NCBI GenBank assembly: GCA_032718475.1
Contig: JAUCBJ010006897.1
Location: 1 to 64,000 of the forward strand
Source: Nemertoderma westbladi
Taxonomy: Eukaryota; Animalia; Xenacoelomorpha
DNA length: 64,000 bases
Direction: 5' to 3'
The translations under genes and the position numbers were made by a program. Under the pieces are notes generated by a model. That model was not told where the DNA came from and did not search any database. It was given only the letters and a program-made list of their open reading frames with translations. The first letter of the stretch is position 1. The number at the start of each line of letters is the position of its first letter. Below are positions 1 through 11,559 of the stretch, piece by piece.

Positions 1-362
1 GTGTTAAGTCTGAGATTTGACAGTGCTGCAGTATGTATTCCAACGAAAAAATACGGCACGGGTCAGCATGTACGGAACTGCAAACTACGCTGCGATATGT
101 TGTACCGGTAGGTACATGTGCTGATGTGCGACATGCCGATTGTACAGGCTGACCGGGGTGCATGATAGCAAGAAAATATCTGAAAATCAAAATGTTAAAA
201 ATTCAAATTTGAATATTAAATAAAAGAATTTAAAAATAATTATTAAGAATATATTTTATACAGTATAGAGCAGTAGAGTAAATAGTTTCTATATCGTTAT
301 AGTAGAAAAGGATATATTTTTAAATAAATAAATTGGAGATGAGCTGTTGCAACTGTAATTAA

Positions 363-731
363 AGGTGTAATATTATGGTTTTGTTCAGAAGTGGAAAAAA
401 ATTAATTTACAAATTTATTTAATTAATATCACCTGGAAGCAATACTCGAGCTGAATATCTACTTATTTGTACTCCCCTTCTGTTTCACTCTACAGTAGCA
501 TACTTGAGGCCGTTAGGTCCGCTGTTAGAGATGGAATATAAGCAACTTAAGACTGCCCGTTCAATAGGAGTGGATTAGGTGGGAGTGTGAGTGTCAGGGG
601 CTAGTGGCTGAGCTGGTTAGTGCTACTGATGAGGCCTGTTAGGCCGAAACGTACGTATAGCGCTGGTTCAACCCCCGGTGACGCGCTTTCTCATTTTTTC
701 CACTTCTGGACAAAACCATAATATTACACCT
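363..731. repeat. 38-bp inverted repeat (363-400 / 694-731) enclosing the hammerhead
   Basis: AGGTGTAATATTATGGTTTTGTTCAGAAGTGGAAAAAA matches the reverse complement of 694-731 with 1 mismatch. Confidence 0.85.
619..664 (+). ncRNA. Minimal type I hammerhead ribozyme (Penelope-like element type)
   Basis: AGTGCTA(619-625)-CTGATGA(626-632)-GGCC TGTTA GGCC(633-645)-GAAA(646-649)-CGTAC-GTA(655-657)-TAGCGCT(658-664). This gives the full hammerhead core, stem I (one G:U pair), stem II and a very short palindromic stem III (ACGTACGT), with a GUA cleavage triplet. Confidence 0.8.
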
Positions 732-1979
732 ATATTTTTAAAAACTTTCAGTTTCGGATATAGTACACGTATTAATACTGATAAAATGTTTTTCCCCTCT
801 TGTATGTCTTTGTTTGTCCCCATTATTTCCCTGAAAGGCGTAGTCAGATAGCCTTCCCTTATACATGGGTCTGACATTCTGACAGTGGCACACAGCTTCA
901 CCGGGCATGGGACCGCCCCTACAGCACGGTTATGGGATGGGTGTGGAGGCGGATTTCCTTTGCCATCATCCGTGGCTCCTCCCACTGCCTGCGTGGCTCT
1001 AGGGTAAGGTGGCGCAGTGGGCTGGGGCTCGAGGATGGGGCGGGTCTCCCGCTCACTACTTGAGATGCGGCCGAACAGTAGTACAGTACTGCCAGACTGT
1101 TTCATTTTTAATTATTTACATTATTTTATATTTACATATCTGTATAGGTGGTGGGCGTTTATTTACATTTTGTTTCGGAAAGTTGTAAAAAAGGTGGTTA
1201 GATTTGATGAATTGTTATTGTATTATAAAAAAAAATTATATTTGACAACTTTATGAAATGAGTAAAAAAGTAACTTGAATTACTGCAATTATACTTAATA
1301 CCTTTATGAAATGAGTAAAAGTAACTGGAAGTAAAGCAATTATACTTGACACCTATATGAACTGAATTCGTATAATTGCATTGTATTTATTATATGTATA
1401 TATGTGAAAATGACAGCACAATTATTTTAAGGTATGAATACGATTTTAATTTAATTATAATTGAAAATTTGCACAGTAAATTTAAGTATTTAAGTGAATG
1501 AAGGCCTACCTGTAAGAATGCTACTAAAACAGTGGCACAGTGGAATAAGAGTAACATCAGTACAGTATGTGAGGTGTGAAAGTACTATGAGCGCTATTAA
1601 AATTAAAATTGAACTACAAGAAATCATACCAGTAACTACCGGGTAGAACTGAGTTATGAGTTCACAACCCAAAGAGACTTAAATGAATGTGTGAAGTACA
1701 GGTACATGGTTTAGATAGAAAGATCGAAGTAGCAATAGGAACCAGCCGCCAAACCAAGGAGGTATCAGTGGTTGAGCAATCTATCAGTTTTTACTTTCCT
1801 TTTCTATTACAAATTTCCAGTTTTTACTTTCCTTTTTTATTAGGCCTACCAGACTTTACTTGCCGTTTTTTCTTACTGGTTTTCTTCCCATTTCTTTATT
1901 ATTAGTTTTTACATTCTTATTTTATCACCAGTTTTTAAATGCCTTTTTTTACCTGGTTTTTACTATTCATTTTTTCTTT

Positions 1980-2270
1980 ATTGCCTATAAAAGTTTTGAC
2001 TTTCCTTTTTAATCCCTACCATGATTTATTTGCCTTTTTCTTACTGTTTTTTACTACCGTTTCTTTTTCTTCAATACCAGTTTTTAATTGCCTTTTTTTA
2101 TTCGTATTGGTTTTTCAACCCTTTTTTTTAATAATGCCTGGACTATCGCTAAGCAGCTTAAGTGCTGCTCCGATTCGCCTCAGATTATAAAAACATTATT
2201 TAATCTCTTGATTGATATAATTATATATATAGATTTTGTAGGTACTGCAGTAGCAGAACCAGTACTGTGG
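1980..2270. repeat. Dispersed repeat; diverged inverted copy at ~48660-48950
   Basis: AATGCCTGGACTATCGCTAAGCAGC...TGCTGCTCCGATTCGCCTCAGATTATA (~2134-2189) is reverse-complemented at ~48753-48810, and the flanks are also similar. Confidence 0.8.
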
Positions 2271-5236
2271 CATTCCACATTTAGTGGCAGTAGTGTTGTG
2301 AAACCGGGATGAGAGTATCTGAAATACAGTAGGAGGTAGCTGTGAGACACGGCCAACTGTTAGTATTACTATTGTAGTATTAATTAGTATAGTACTATTG
2401 CTGCTGTAGTATTACTACAGCTAGCATTACTTGCAATTTAGCTATAATATATATTAGTATTAGTATATAGTAATATAGCTATAGTACAGTAGCTACAGTA
2501 TGTTAAATCATGGAAACCGGGCTTTAGATTAGATAAATTAATTATTATGATTAATTAATAATTAGATTAGATTAATTAGATTAATTTAAAGTACCACCAG
2601 ACCACGGTGAGTGGTCTGGGTGGTTGGGTGCCTTCCAGTGCACAATTCCACTGCTTCCAAACCACAATTCCACTGCTTCCAAACCACAGAACCAATACTG
2701 GTGGCCTAACAGCCTAAGTATTGGCCTACCATGTACTGAACTGATATAGCATAGAAGTGACAGGCTCTATCACATATGGGGACTCTTGCAATCAGCTCAA
2801 CAAACACAAGCCTACAGGCTGACAGGCACTATACTGCAACTGCTATTGCTACAGGTAGGCTATACTGCTATTAGGTATTACCGGTCAGCCGGTACCGATA
2901 CTGTATTATTATAGTCCTAGTATCAGAGTGTGTAGCGTAGCAGTAGCATACAGCAGTACATACAGTCAGTGTTTTTAGACTGATTTTCATATTCCGATAT
3001 TACTGTATTATAATTCTGGATTACCGGTACGTTGATTATGGCGAAATGTACCGGTACCGCTGGTGGTACCTCTAGCTCGGATTGGCCTACAGCACTTTTT
3101 CAATGTCGTGATGAACTTTGCACCTTTGATTGTGTCAAGGACCTTTCTTTGAGGCAACTCTATGAAAGTTTGTCAATTGTCTATTTGGGAGTGGTGGGTA
3201 GCACACAAACTTGGTCCTGTGGTAACACCAGAGTGCAGTGAATTAATCAAATTCGAATTAATAATCAGTTTATATCACCTGATCATATATTCTCAGAATT
3301 TTACTATACAGGCATATAAAAAGACAGGCCTATGTGACAGGTAGACAGGCCTATGTTTACAAAGTACTTACGCTTACACTAACTAAAATCAAAGCAATTA
3401 ATTAATATAAATAAATATAAATGCGGGAGTGGTATTACTATTGTAGTATTAATTAGTATAGTACTATTGCTGCTGTAGTATTACTACAGCTAGCATTACT
3501 TGCAATTTAGCTATAATATATATTAGTATTAGTACTGTAGTATATAGTAATATAGCTATAGTACAGTAGCTACAGTATGTTAAATCATGGAAACCAGGCT
3601 TTAGATTAGATAAATTAATTATTATGATTAATTAATAATTAGATTAGATTAATTTAAAGTACCACCAGACCACGGTGAGTGGTCTGGGTGGTTGGGTGCC
3701 TTCCAGTGCACAATTCCACTGCTTCCAAACCACAGAACCAATACTGGTGGCCTAACAGCCTAAGTATTGGCCTACCGTGTACTGAACTGATATAGCATAG
3801 AAGTGACAGGCGCTATCACATATGGGGACTCTTGCAATCAGCTCAACAAACACAAGCCTACAGGCTGACAGGCACTATACTGCAACTGCTATTGCTACAG
3901 GTACAGAGGTAGGCTATAGGGTAAGGTACCCCAATTCCGGACATTGCAAATTCCGGACAACCTACTCAAATTCCGGACAAACCACTTATTCAACACAAAT
4001 TTGTACCACGAAAATTAAGAATTCTACGGTTTTTCTGTAACATGTCTGTCTGTCTGTACTCTGTACTGCATTGCATTACTTTTATTACTGAATTGATTAG
4101 TAGATTAGGCCTAAATGTGTAAAGGGCCCTCAGAATAGGCGATAGTCAGTTACATAAGTCCTGACTTTTGCTATACAGCTATTGCTATACTATCGTAATA
4201 CTGTAATATAATACAGTAATAGGCCTATTTGAATTTGCTCTAATCTGCTAATTATTTTATACTATAATTGCTCTAATTTTCTCGATTTATAATATCTGAT
4301 TAACCCTACACAATAGTCAATAGGCCTACCTATTTAAATTCGATCAATATCATAACTACGAAACTTACAAATGCTGAAATGGCTATTGATTATAAGAGAA
4401 AGACATTCTATAAATATGACAGGGAGAAGCTAAATGCTGCAGTAAAAGAATATAATCGCGGTCGCCGAGGCAGTAAGAAGGAAAAGGGGCCAACGCTTAG
4501 AGAATTGGAAACCAAATATAATATTCCAAGAAGTACCATTTCTGATTGGGTTAATCTCAGGTTCAAGGGAACTACTAAACGTCCAATGAAGAGGGGAAGA
4601 ACGGATCATTTTAGGAGAGGAGCTCCAACTGTTTTGACTTCAAAAATAGAGAAGTATCTGGTGAGTTCCCTGATATACTTAGGAGCCTGTTTCAAAAAAT
4701 TATGTTGGTAACGGACGGAAAATTCGCATGATTAAACCACAACTATTTTGAGATATTGAATGAATAACAGTAAAATGATATGCTACTCTGAAACTGACAA
4801 CTGTACTTTCATCATGTGAAAAATAAATTAGAAAATTACATTTAAGTATTTAAGATATTAATAGATTTGTTCTGGTAACGGACGGAATCATACATAATTG
4901 AAGAATATATGTAGCTTGGACAATCTGAAATTCCTGCAAATTGGCAATGTTTTCCAAATATTTTTTTGCATTGGAGTATAATTAAATATCCCTAGTGACA
5001 TTGGTTAAAATTATTTTCGCAATTTGTATAAACCACGACTGTGACAGTATAATAAACAAAATAATACACGGTAACGGACGGAAGGTAACGGACGGAATAA
5101 AATACCGCAATGCAATTTGTGATATTTATATACAGTTTAAGTAGAATTAACTTGCTCATAGTGCTCATACACCTCAATAAATGTTTTTCATAGTGTCCTA
5201 AATTGTGCATGAAGTTTAAAATATCCATTGTCTCTA

Positions 5237-7426
5237 TTAAAATTTCAATTCTCTACGGACCGAGCAGAAAAGTTGGAGGACTCGTGAATATTCATTAGCA
5301 TCTAGTGAATGAACCAGTAAACGTTCCGTGCCAGCAATCAGTTGAGGTTGATTAATCACGCAAAGTTTATGCTGATAATTGTATGCATGGATATGATCAT
5401 TTGCTGCTGAGGAAGGAATAAAACGGTTTGGACCAATTACTTTCATAAATCGCACCTCAACCAATGGGCCATTTGCATCTATGACTTTCTCTATACATCC
5501 AGGAATAAAGTTATCATCATAAATAGCAGCTATCCAGCTGCCCACAACAGGAACTTCAGATGTTTCTCGGATAGGATTAGAGTCTTGACTCTCTTCTGAG
5601 TTTTGACATTCTTCCGAATCCACTCCAATATCACTCCCTTGACTATTACCATTAGATGAGCTATAATCACAACAAGCAATCTCATTTATGCAATTGGCTA
5701 ATTCATAAAATATGAGTTTTTGATCTTTACGTATGACTTGATGGATTTTCAAAGTGCGATATATATAAACAGACTCGTCAATACTGAAATGTTCAACACA
5801 TGCATTAGGTATATACAGAATAGTAGGTTTCACAATACCATTTGCATAAGATGCAAAATGCTCTGCATCTCTAATGACCACTCGTCCGGACCTCACATGG
5901 TTATATGTTTGCACTTTTACAGTTGCGCCAATACCGTCATGAGGTCCTTTAAAGTGGCCTGCTTCCCCATATGTCCATGACTTGACTATGTCTGGCATAT
6001 CCATAGCAATTGCTTTAAATACATGTTTGCTACGAAACTGCCCTGAGCATCCATCACTCCAAACATGTATATCAGTAATGTTGGCATTCTTTTCTCGGAT
6101 ATGCCGCATAAGCTGTTTAATACAACTGAAAGCAAGGAACTTATCATGCTCAGTGCAGTTGGAAATGATGGCAACAGATTCTACAATTATACTTGAGTTA
6201 GTGCCTTCTACCATGGATAAATTATCACCAATATCACATTGAGTGCAGTTGGAGTCAGGATCAACAGGAACATATTCTGTAGATGTGCTAGGGCCATCTC
6301 CTCTGGATGAATTATTATCATCATTGGTGTTGCTATCAACAATACTTGATCGGGTGTAACAGGCTGCTGTAAATATACAAAAGTTTTCATGACCAAAATA
6401 GGCACTTTGGACCTCATGCCTTTGCTTATTATCGTAATTCTTTGCAAAATCAATGCTTATTATTGCTTCATTCGGATTTAATTTCGATTTTTGTTCTCTA
6501 AGGATGTTTAGTTGATGAAAAGCTCGATACTGATGTTGTATATAGTCATGAACTTGCTTATTAAGATCTTCAGCAACATCTTCCCCACATTGAATATATT
6601 CTCGTTTCTTAACAATTTTTTCATTGTCTGTTCTGGCCCATTGATAGTAACGAATCTCAGGTATACTTCTAATAACTTCAAAAAGAGGTTCCAAAATTTC
6701 AAAACCAGGGCAATCCTTACATTTAAATTCGCAGCAACTTCTATTTTTGAGAGAACAAACAATTTCACTCACAAACTCATTTTCATCAGGGTAAAATAGT
6801 TCATGGTTGCGAATATTTGTAACTGAGTTTAGGCCATTTAGTAACAGGGTAAGGTTTTCACACTTCTCGCATTTGCAATCATCTTCAGGCATTTTTCCAT
6901 TATAATATAAATGCTTCTTACCAGCTATTATGCGTTGTAGAAGAGCTTTATTGACCTTAATGTCAGGAACTTTTTCATTGGCTAGTGGAACTGTTTCCTC
7001 AAGGGTCCATAACATATAATGTCTAGGTTTATATTTTCTTTCACCATTCTCTTTCCCAACATATACCATATGTTGACGACCGGGACAACAGTACGATATA
7101 TCTGGTGATTCCAGAAATTCTATGACCCGATTTTCTTTCTCGGTTGTTATTCTGGAATGTTTACCCAGTGGCCGTCCTGGCTTTTTAAATAACATTCTTA
7201 CCTTGGCACCACGAAGTACTGTCTTTCGTGTTGCTGGAGACATACTTCCGATATAAGTGCTAATCGTCTCCATTCTTTTACTTGGCGATTTTGGAAGATG
7301 TTTTTTCAATCTATTTATTGACTTCCCTAAACTCTGCTTAGACTTAAATGCCCCAGAACTAGGTGGTGACAATGACCCAGAAGTAGTAGGAGTCAATGGA
7401 GGTTGAGTAGCTATAGTAAATGGCAA
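5237..7426 (-). CDS. Sola2 transposase, main exon (open frame of ~730 aa)
   Basis: Motifs IDFAKNY...HEVQSAYFG, WSDGCSGQFRS and EAGHFKGPHDGIGATVK fit the Sola2 DDD catalytic region. Cys clusters CKCEKCEN and CSLKNRSCCEFKCKDCP. No internal stops. Confidence 0.85.
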   Translation of the reverse strand: MPFTIATQPPLTPTTSGSLSPPSSGAFKSKQSLGKSINRLKKHLPKSPSKRMETISTYIGSMSPATRKTVLRGAKVRMLFKKPGRPLGKHSRITTEKENRVIEFLESPDISYCCPGRQHMVYVGKENGERKYKPRHYMLWTLEETVPLANEKVPDIKVNKALLQRIIAGKKHLYYNGKMPEDDCKCEKCENLTLLLNGLNSVTNIRNHELFYPDENEFVSEIVCSLKNRSCCEFKCKDCPGFEILEPLFEVIRSIPEIRYYQWARTDNEKIVKKREYIQCGEDVAEDLNKQVHDYIQHQYRAFHQLNILREQKSKLNPNEAIISIDFAKNYDNKQRHEVQSAYFGHENFCIFTAACYTRSSIVDSNTNDDNNSSRGDGPSTSTEYVPVDPDSNCTQCDIGDNLSMVEGTNSSIIVESVAIISNCTEHDKFLAFSCIKQLMRHIREKNANITDIHVWSDGCSGQFRSKHVFKAIAMDMPDIVKSWTYGEAGHFKGPHDGIGATVKVQTYNHVRSGRVVIRDAEHFASYANGIVKPTILYIPNACVEHFSIDESVYIYRTLKIHQVIRKDQKLIFYELANCINEIACCDYSSSNGNSQGSDIGVDSEECQNSEESQDSNPIRETSEVPVVGSWIAAIYDDNFIPGCIEKVIDANGPLVEVRFMKVIGPNRFIPSSAANDHIHAYNYQHKLCVINQPQLIAGTERLLVHSLDANEYSRVLQLFCSVRRELKF

Positions 7427-7808
7427 TATTGGTAATGGTCTCTGATTTTTTTATGTTAAATCAGTAATAAAAAATCTATCTAAATATATATATATATGGC
7501 ATGGAGTTCATAAAATTAGGTTCAAACAAAAAAAAATGTCTCTTGTTTTTATTCGAACAATATATTTTCAGTAAATTTACTTAATATTTTAGATTAATAA
7601 AATCAGGAGATACCATACAGATTAGAAACTTTCTTTGAACATGAACAGAACAATATTAATAACTTTCTTCAAATTATATTTTTTCTGATACTATTACAAC
7701 AGGTAATTAAAACAGGATAATAATTAAATTGTAAAATAACTAAGGAACAAAACAAAAATATGCCTTCATTCAAAATATTTCCTCTTCCTTTTAAAAATGC
7801 AGCAGGCT

Positions 7809-8012
7809 CTACCAATATTGCCAACCTTTGCATTTAGATTGTCTCTTTCTGAGACGATCTACACATTTCAGTGCCTCATGCTTATTCGTATCAGCATAAA
7901 CCTCAGCTCTTTTTAAACGCTTTCTTTCTCTATCCTTTGCAAGAAATCCCTCCCGATCAGATGCCTTTTTCCGTTCTCGATAAGCCTTTTGCTTTTTAGC
8001 ATCCTTAGACAT
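7809..8012 (-). CDS. Probable first exon of the Sola2 transposase
   Basis: ATG start and a basic helical peptide (MSKDAKKQKAYRERKK...DRERKRLKR) of the kind found at such transposase N-termini. It is separated from the main ORF by an AT-rich intron-like spacer. The exact splice junction was not resolved. Confidence 0.6.
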   Translation of the reverse strand: MSKDAKKQKAYRERKKASDREGFLAKDRERKRLKRAEVYADTNKHEALKCVDRLRKRQSKCKGWQYW

Positions 8013-10277
8013 TTCTATAAGCCCAGATGGTGCAGACAGTTCCGAGTTTATTCGATGAGTTGATAGTAGAAATTAGATTATTAGTTGATAATGATATAAT
8101 AGGCCTATGGACAACTGGTAGGCCTACTTATTTTGAATGAATAACTTAGGCCTAATGTATTAATAAGTCAATTTAATTTTCAATTCAACACAGCAATTAA
8201 TCTATTTTTAGGAATTCAATTATGTATAAATAAAATAGCTGCACAGTATAATTAACATCTCAGCTTTAGTGGGATAAAAGTCATAATGAAGTTCAGGCTA
8301 TGCAAGGTACATGCAGTAATATCAAGTCTGATTTAGGTAGTTATACTATTATTTCTGTATTGTATGTCAATATGGTGCAGCCCAAGTCAAGCAGTCACAA
8401 TGAAAGCTGTTTTGAATTTCCCTCCTCTGGAATTTGGAATTTCCCATAACTGCAATGCTAATTACAAATGTATGTCTGAGTCAGCATGTAAAAGAGCCGT
8501 CACTTCTACATAATATATATAAGGTACTTCCGGACATTATGTGCTCTATACATTTAAACATATCATACAATCAGTAATAAGAGTATACATAAGATACTTC
8601 AACAGACCACACTATACACACCATGATATATATAATGCATGCAGGACACAGGTACACCATACAAATTATTAGAACAGAAATATTGTGCTTATGGTAATTT
8701 CACAATATGGTAATTAATTAGGTAACGGACGGAAATTAAATAGGTAACGGACGGAATAAAAGTTAGTCGAATTAAAAACAATATTTATTTTGCACCTAAA
8801 TGTTCAACTTCTTCCAGTTTTATTGTTCTAACAATAAATTAGAACTTACAAAAAACCTGGACTATTCTGTGCTACACTACTCCAATTAGGTTGAAAATTG
8901 TAACTCATGGTAACGGACGGAAGTAACGGACGGAACGAGTTTTGGAACTGCTGGCCATGCCTAAATACGTAACGAATTATGCCACAATCATTGAATTTGC
9001 CATTACTAATATTTCAATAAAATTTCTTGAAAAAAATTTTTGTTAATAATATTATTTATAACAAATATATCACACATTTTGCATTTATTGCCATTTTTTG
9101 TGTGAAAATTGAAAAAAATGTAAATTTTAGTACAGCTTGTAATTTGAGATAACTAAACAAAAACCAATAATTATTTTCAATTTTATAGACTTTCAAATGT
9201 AGTCTAATGGTATATACTACTAAAAATATGCAAAACGAAAGTTTATTTTTTACCACATTGGTTGACCATTTTGTGAAACAGGCTCTTAGGTGAATGTGGC
9301 TGGCCATTAAATCGGCCTCAACTACAGCAAGTCGTTAAGAGTTATTTGGATAAAACTAAAGAAGGCAATCCGTTTAGAAGTGGTGTTCCTGGGTATCATT
9401 GGATGAGATTATTTGAACGCCGATGGAAGACAGAACTATCTAAAAGGAAACCGGAATATGTCACTATTGCAAGAGCGAAGGGCCTGTGTCCTGAAGTACT
9501 CAATGAATTTTTCTCCTTAGTAGATAATCTAGTGAAGTCTCTCGGTATTGAAGAACTTCCTAATCGATTTTATAATCTAGACGAAGTTGGGCTAAATGTT
9601 GACCCGAAGGCTTCAAAGTACTTTTATAAAATGGGCTGTCGCGATGCGCAGTATGTTGTTCCTACTGAGGGGAAAACATCATTTACCGTATTATTCTGTG
9701 GAAATGCCTCTGGGACATACGTTCCCCCATATGTAGTATATAAAGCGAAAGCATTGGCGAGTATCACAGCAAGTTGGCTGAATGGAGGACCGCCTGGGAC
9801 TACCTACAACATCTCTAAAAGTGGATGGATGGAGGGTGAAACGTTTGAAGCTTGGTTCATTAATGGGTTCCTACCGTACATTAAACATAAAGCAAAGCCG
9901 GTTGTCCTATTTTATGATGGTCACAACTCGCATATCAGCTATGAACCTGCTTCTCAAGCTAAGAAACAGGGAGTCCACCTTATTGCCTTACCACCCCACT
10001 CCTCCAGTGCATTACAACCACTTGACGTCTCTGTCTACGGGCCAGCCAAGAAAGAGTGGAGGAAAATTCTTGTGAATTTTCTGCGAGAGAGTCGACTTGC
10101 CACAATAAAGAAGGAGATGTTTCCGACTTTGCTGAAACAATTGTTTATGAAGGCCTTTATCAACAGGCCAGACTGGCTTATCTGTGGCTTTCGAAGAGCT
10201 GGATTGTACCCTGTAAATCGTAATGCTGTACCGGCATCCAAAATCATGCTTTCCCAGGTCGTTTTACCAGATAATGA

Positions 10278-10450
10278 GTCCACTGGTTCTGAATCAACCA
10301 CTGACCTAGGCATAGTAGCTTCTCTTCCAACGCAATCCACTGGTTCTGGATCAACCACTGACCTAGGCATAGTAGCTTCTCTTCCAACGCAATCCACTGG
10401 TTCTGGATCAACCCCTGACCTAGGCATAGTAGCTTCTCTTCCAATGCAAT
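10278..10450 (+). repeat. 57-bp in-frame tandem repeat x3 inside the pogo transposase
   Basis: Encodes STGS(E/G)ST(T/P)DLGIVASLP(T/M)Q three times. Confidence 0.92.
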
Positions 10451-11225
10451 CTTCTGTTTCGTCTCTGCCATCGCCAATATTAGGCCTACTTGCAGAAGAT
10501 GATTCACTGGTACAACATGTTAGCTTTGGCTCTACAGAAGATCATAGCCCACTCTCTCCATCAACTACACTGCCCGCAGTTTGTGATACATTGGATGATA
10601 CTTTTATACTACCTGATTTAACTGAATTAGAAGTCGAAAATGAACAAAATATTTATACGCCTACTTGCAGTTCACCACGCAGCCCAAGTACAAATGTAAC
10701 ACAAAGTGATACTTCATTGGTATCATCCGCATCCCAGGCATCTACATCATCTATCTTATCACCTCACTCAGCAATGCGTCATGCTATACTAAGAGCCATT
10801 AGACCCGTGGCATCTAAAGATACAAAATTTGCGATAGATAATGCGAAACGAAAGAGGACAAGAGTGCAGAAGAAGCAGGGGGAAGTGTTAACATCTGATG
10901 TAGCACTTCATCGTCTAAATGAGGAACTCAAAGCACGGGAAGATAAAAAGAAAAGTAAGAAGAATAATCCTAAGGTTGCAAAGTCCAAGTCAAAGACAAC
11001 CACCCAGATTTCCACTACGAATACCAATGCGAATGAGATTGATCTTTCTATATGCTATGCTTGTATGGAGGTGGAACCACCAATCGAGGAAGATCTTGAA
11101 GATGATAATGTGAGTTGGGTGGCTTGCGATTCCTGTAACCGCTGGTATCATGAGTCCTGCCTTGATGATATAACTGACCCCTGCCTATTTTGTTCAATTG
11201 AATAAATATTTAGCTCAGTGCGATC

Positions 11226-11461
11226 CTGTTACCGTTGGAACCCCAGGTTGGGCCTTCCGGGTCTATGATGGGGATCCTTGCCTGTCTCATCATCGAGGTC
11301 GTACAGAGTTGGCTGGTTCTGTCAGTTTGCTGCATCCGTGGCTCTGTTACCGTTGGAACCCCAGGTTGGGCCTTCCGGGTCTATGATGGGGATCCTCGCC
11401 TGTCTCATCATCGAGGTCGTACAGAGTTGGCTGGTTCTGTCAGTTTGCTGCATCCGTGGCT
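11226..11461. repeat. 119-bp tandem duplication
   Basis: CTGTTACCGTTGGAACCCCAGG...GCATCCGTGGCT occurs at 11226 and again at 11345. Confidence 0.92.
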
Positions 11462-11559
11462 CATCTTGCTTAAACTGCTTTGCATCCTCGGTTTCTTCCC
11501 CATGATATATTCCCATATTAAATTTAATATGGTTAGGAAATAGTAAATAATTTTTGCAA

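Larger units (their letters stand above)
4683..9285 (-). mobile_element. Sola2-type DNA transposon
   Basis: TIRs GAGCCTGTTTCAAAAAAT / ATTTTGTGAAACAGGCTC (17/18 match, GAG..CTC ends). 4-bp target duplication TTAG at 4679-4682 and 9286-9289. Encodes a DDD transposase. Confidence 0.88.
4379..11205 (+). pseudogene. pogo-family transposase (HTH_psq + CENP-B HTH + DDE_1 + C-terminal PHD finger), join(4379..4682,9290..11205), interrupted by Sola2
   Basis: N-terminus TLRELETKYNIPRSTISDW (psq-type HTH). Removing the insert restores LIYLG-ECGWPLNRPQLQQVVKSYLDKTKEGNPF in frame (2220 nt, 739 aa). DDE_1 motifs YNLDEVG, FYDGHNSH and LQPLDV are present. C-terminus CYAC...WVACDSCNRWYHESC...CLFC is a PHD finger. 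Confidence 0.92.

Noticed and set aside
668-1105. 145-aa ORF on the minus strand
   Set aside because: Spans a junction between GC-rich and AT-rich repeat pieces and has no protein motif.
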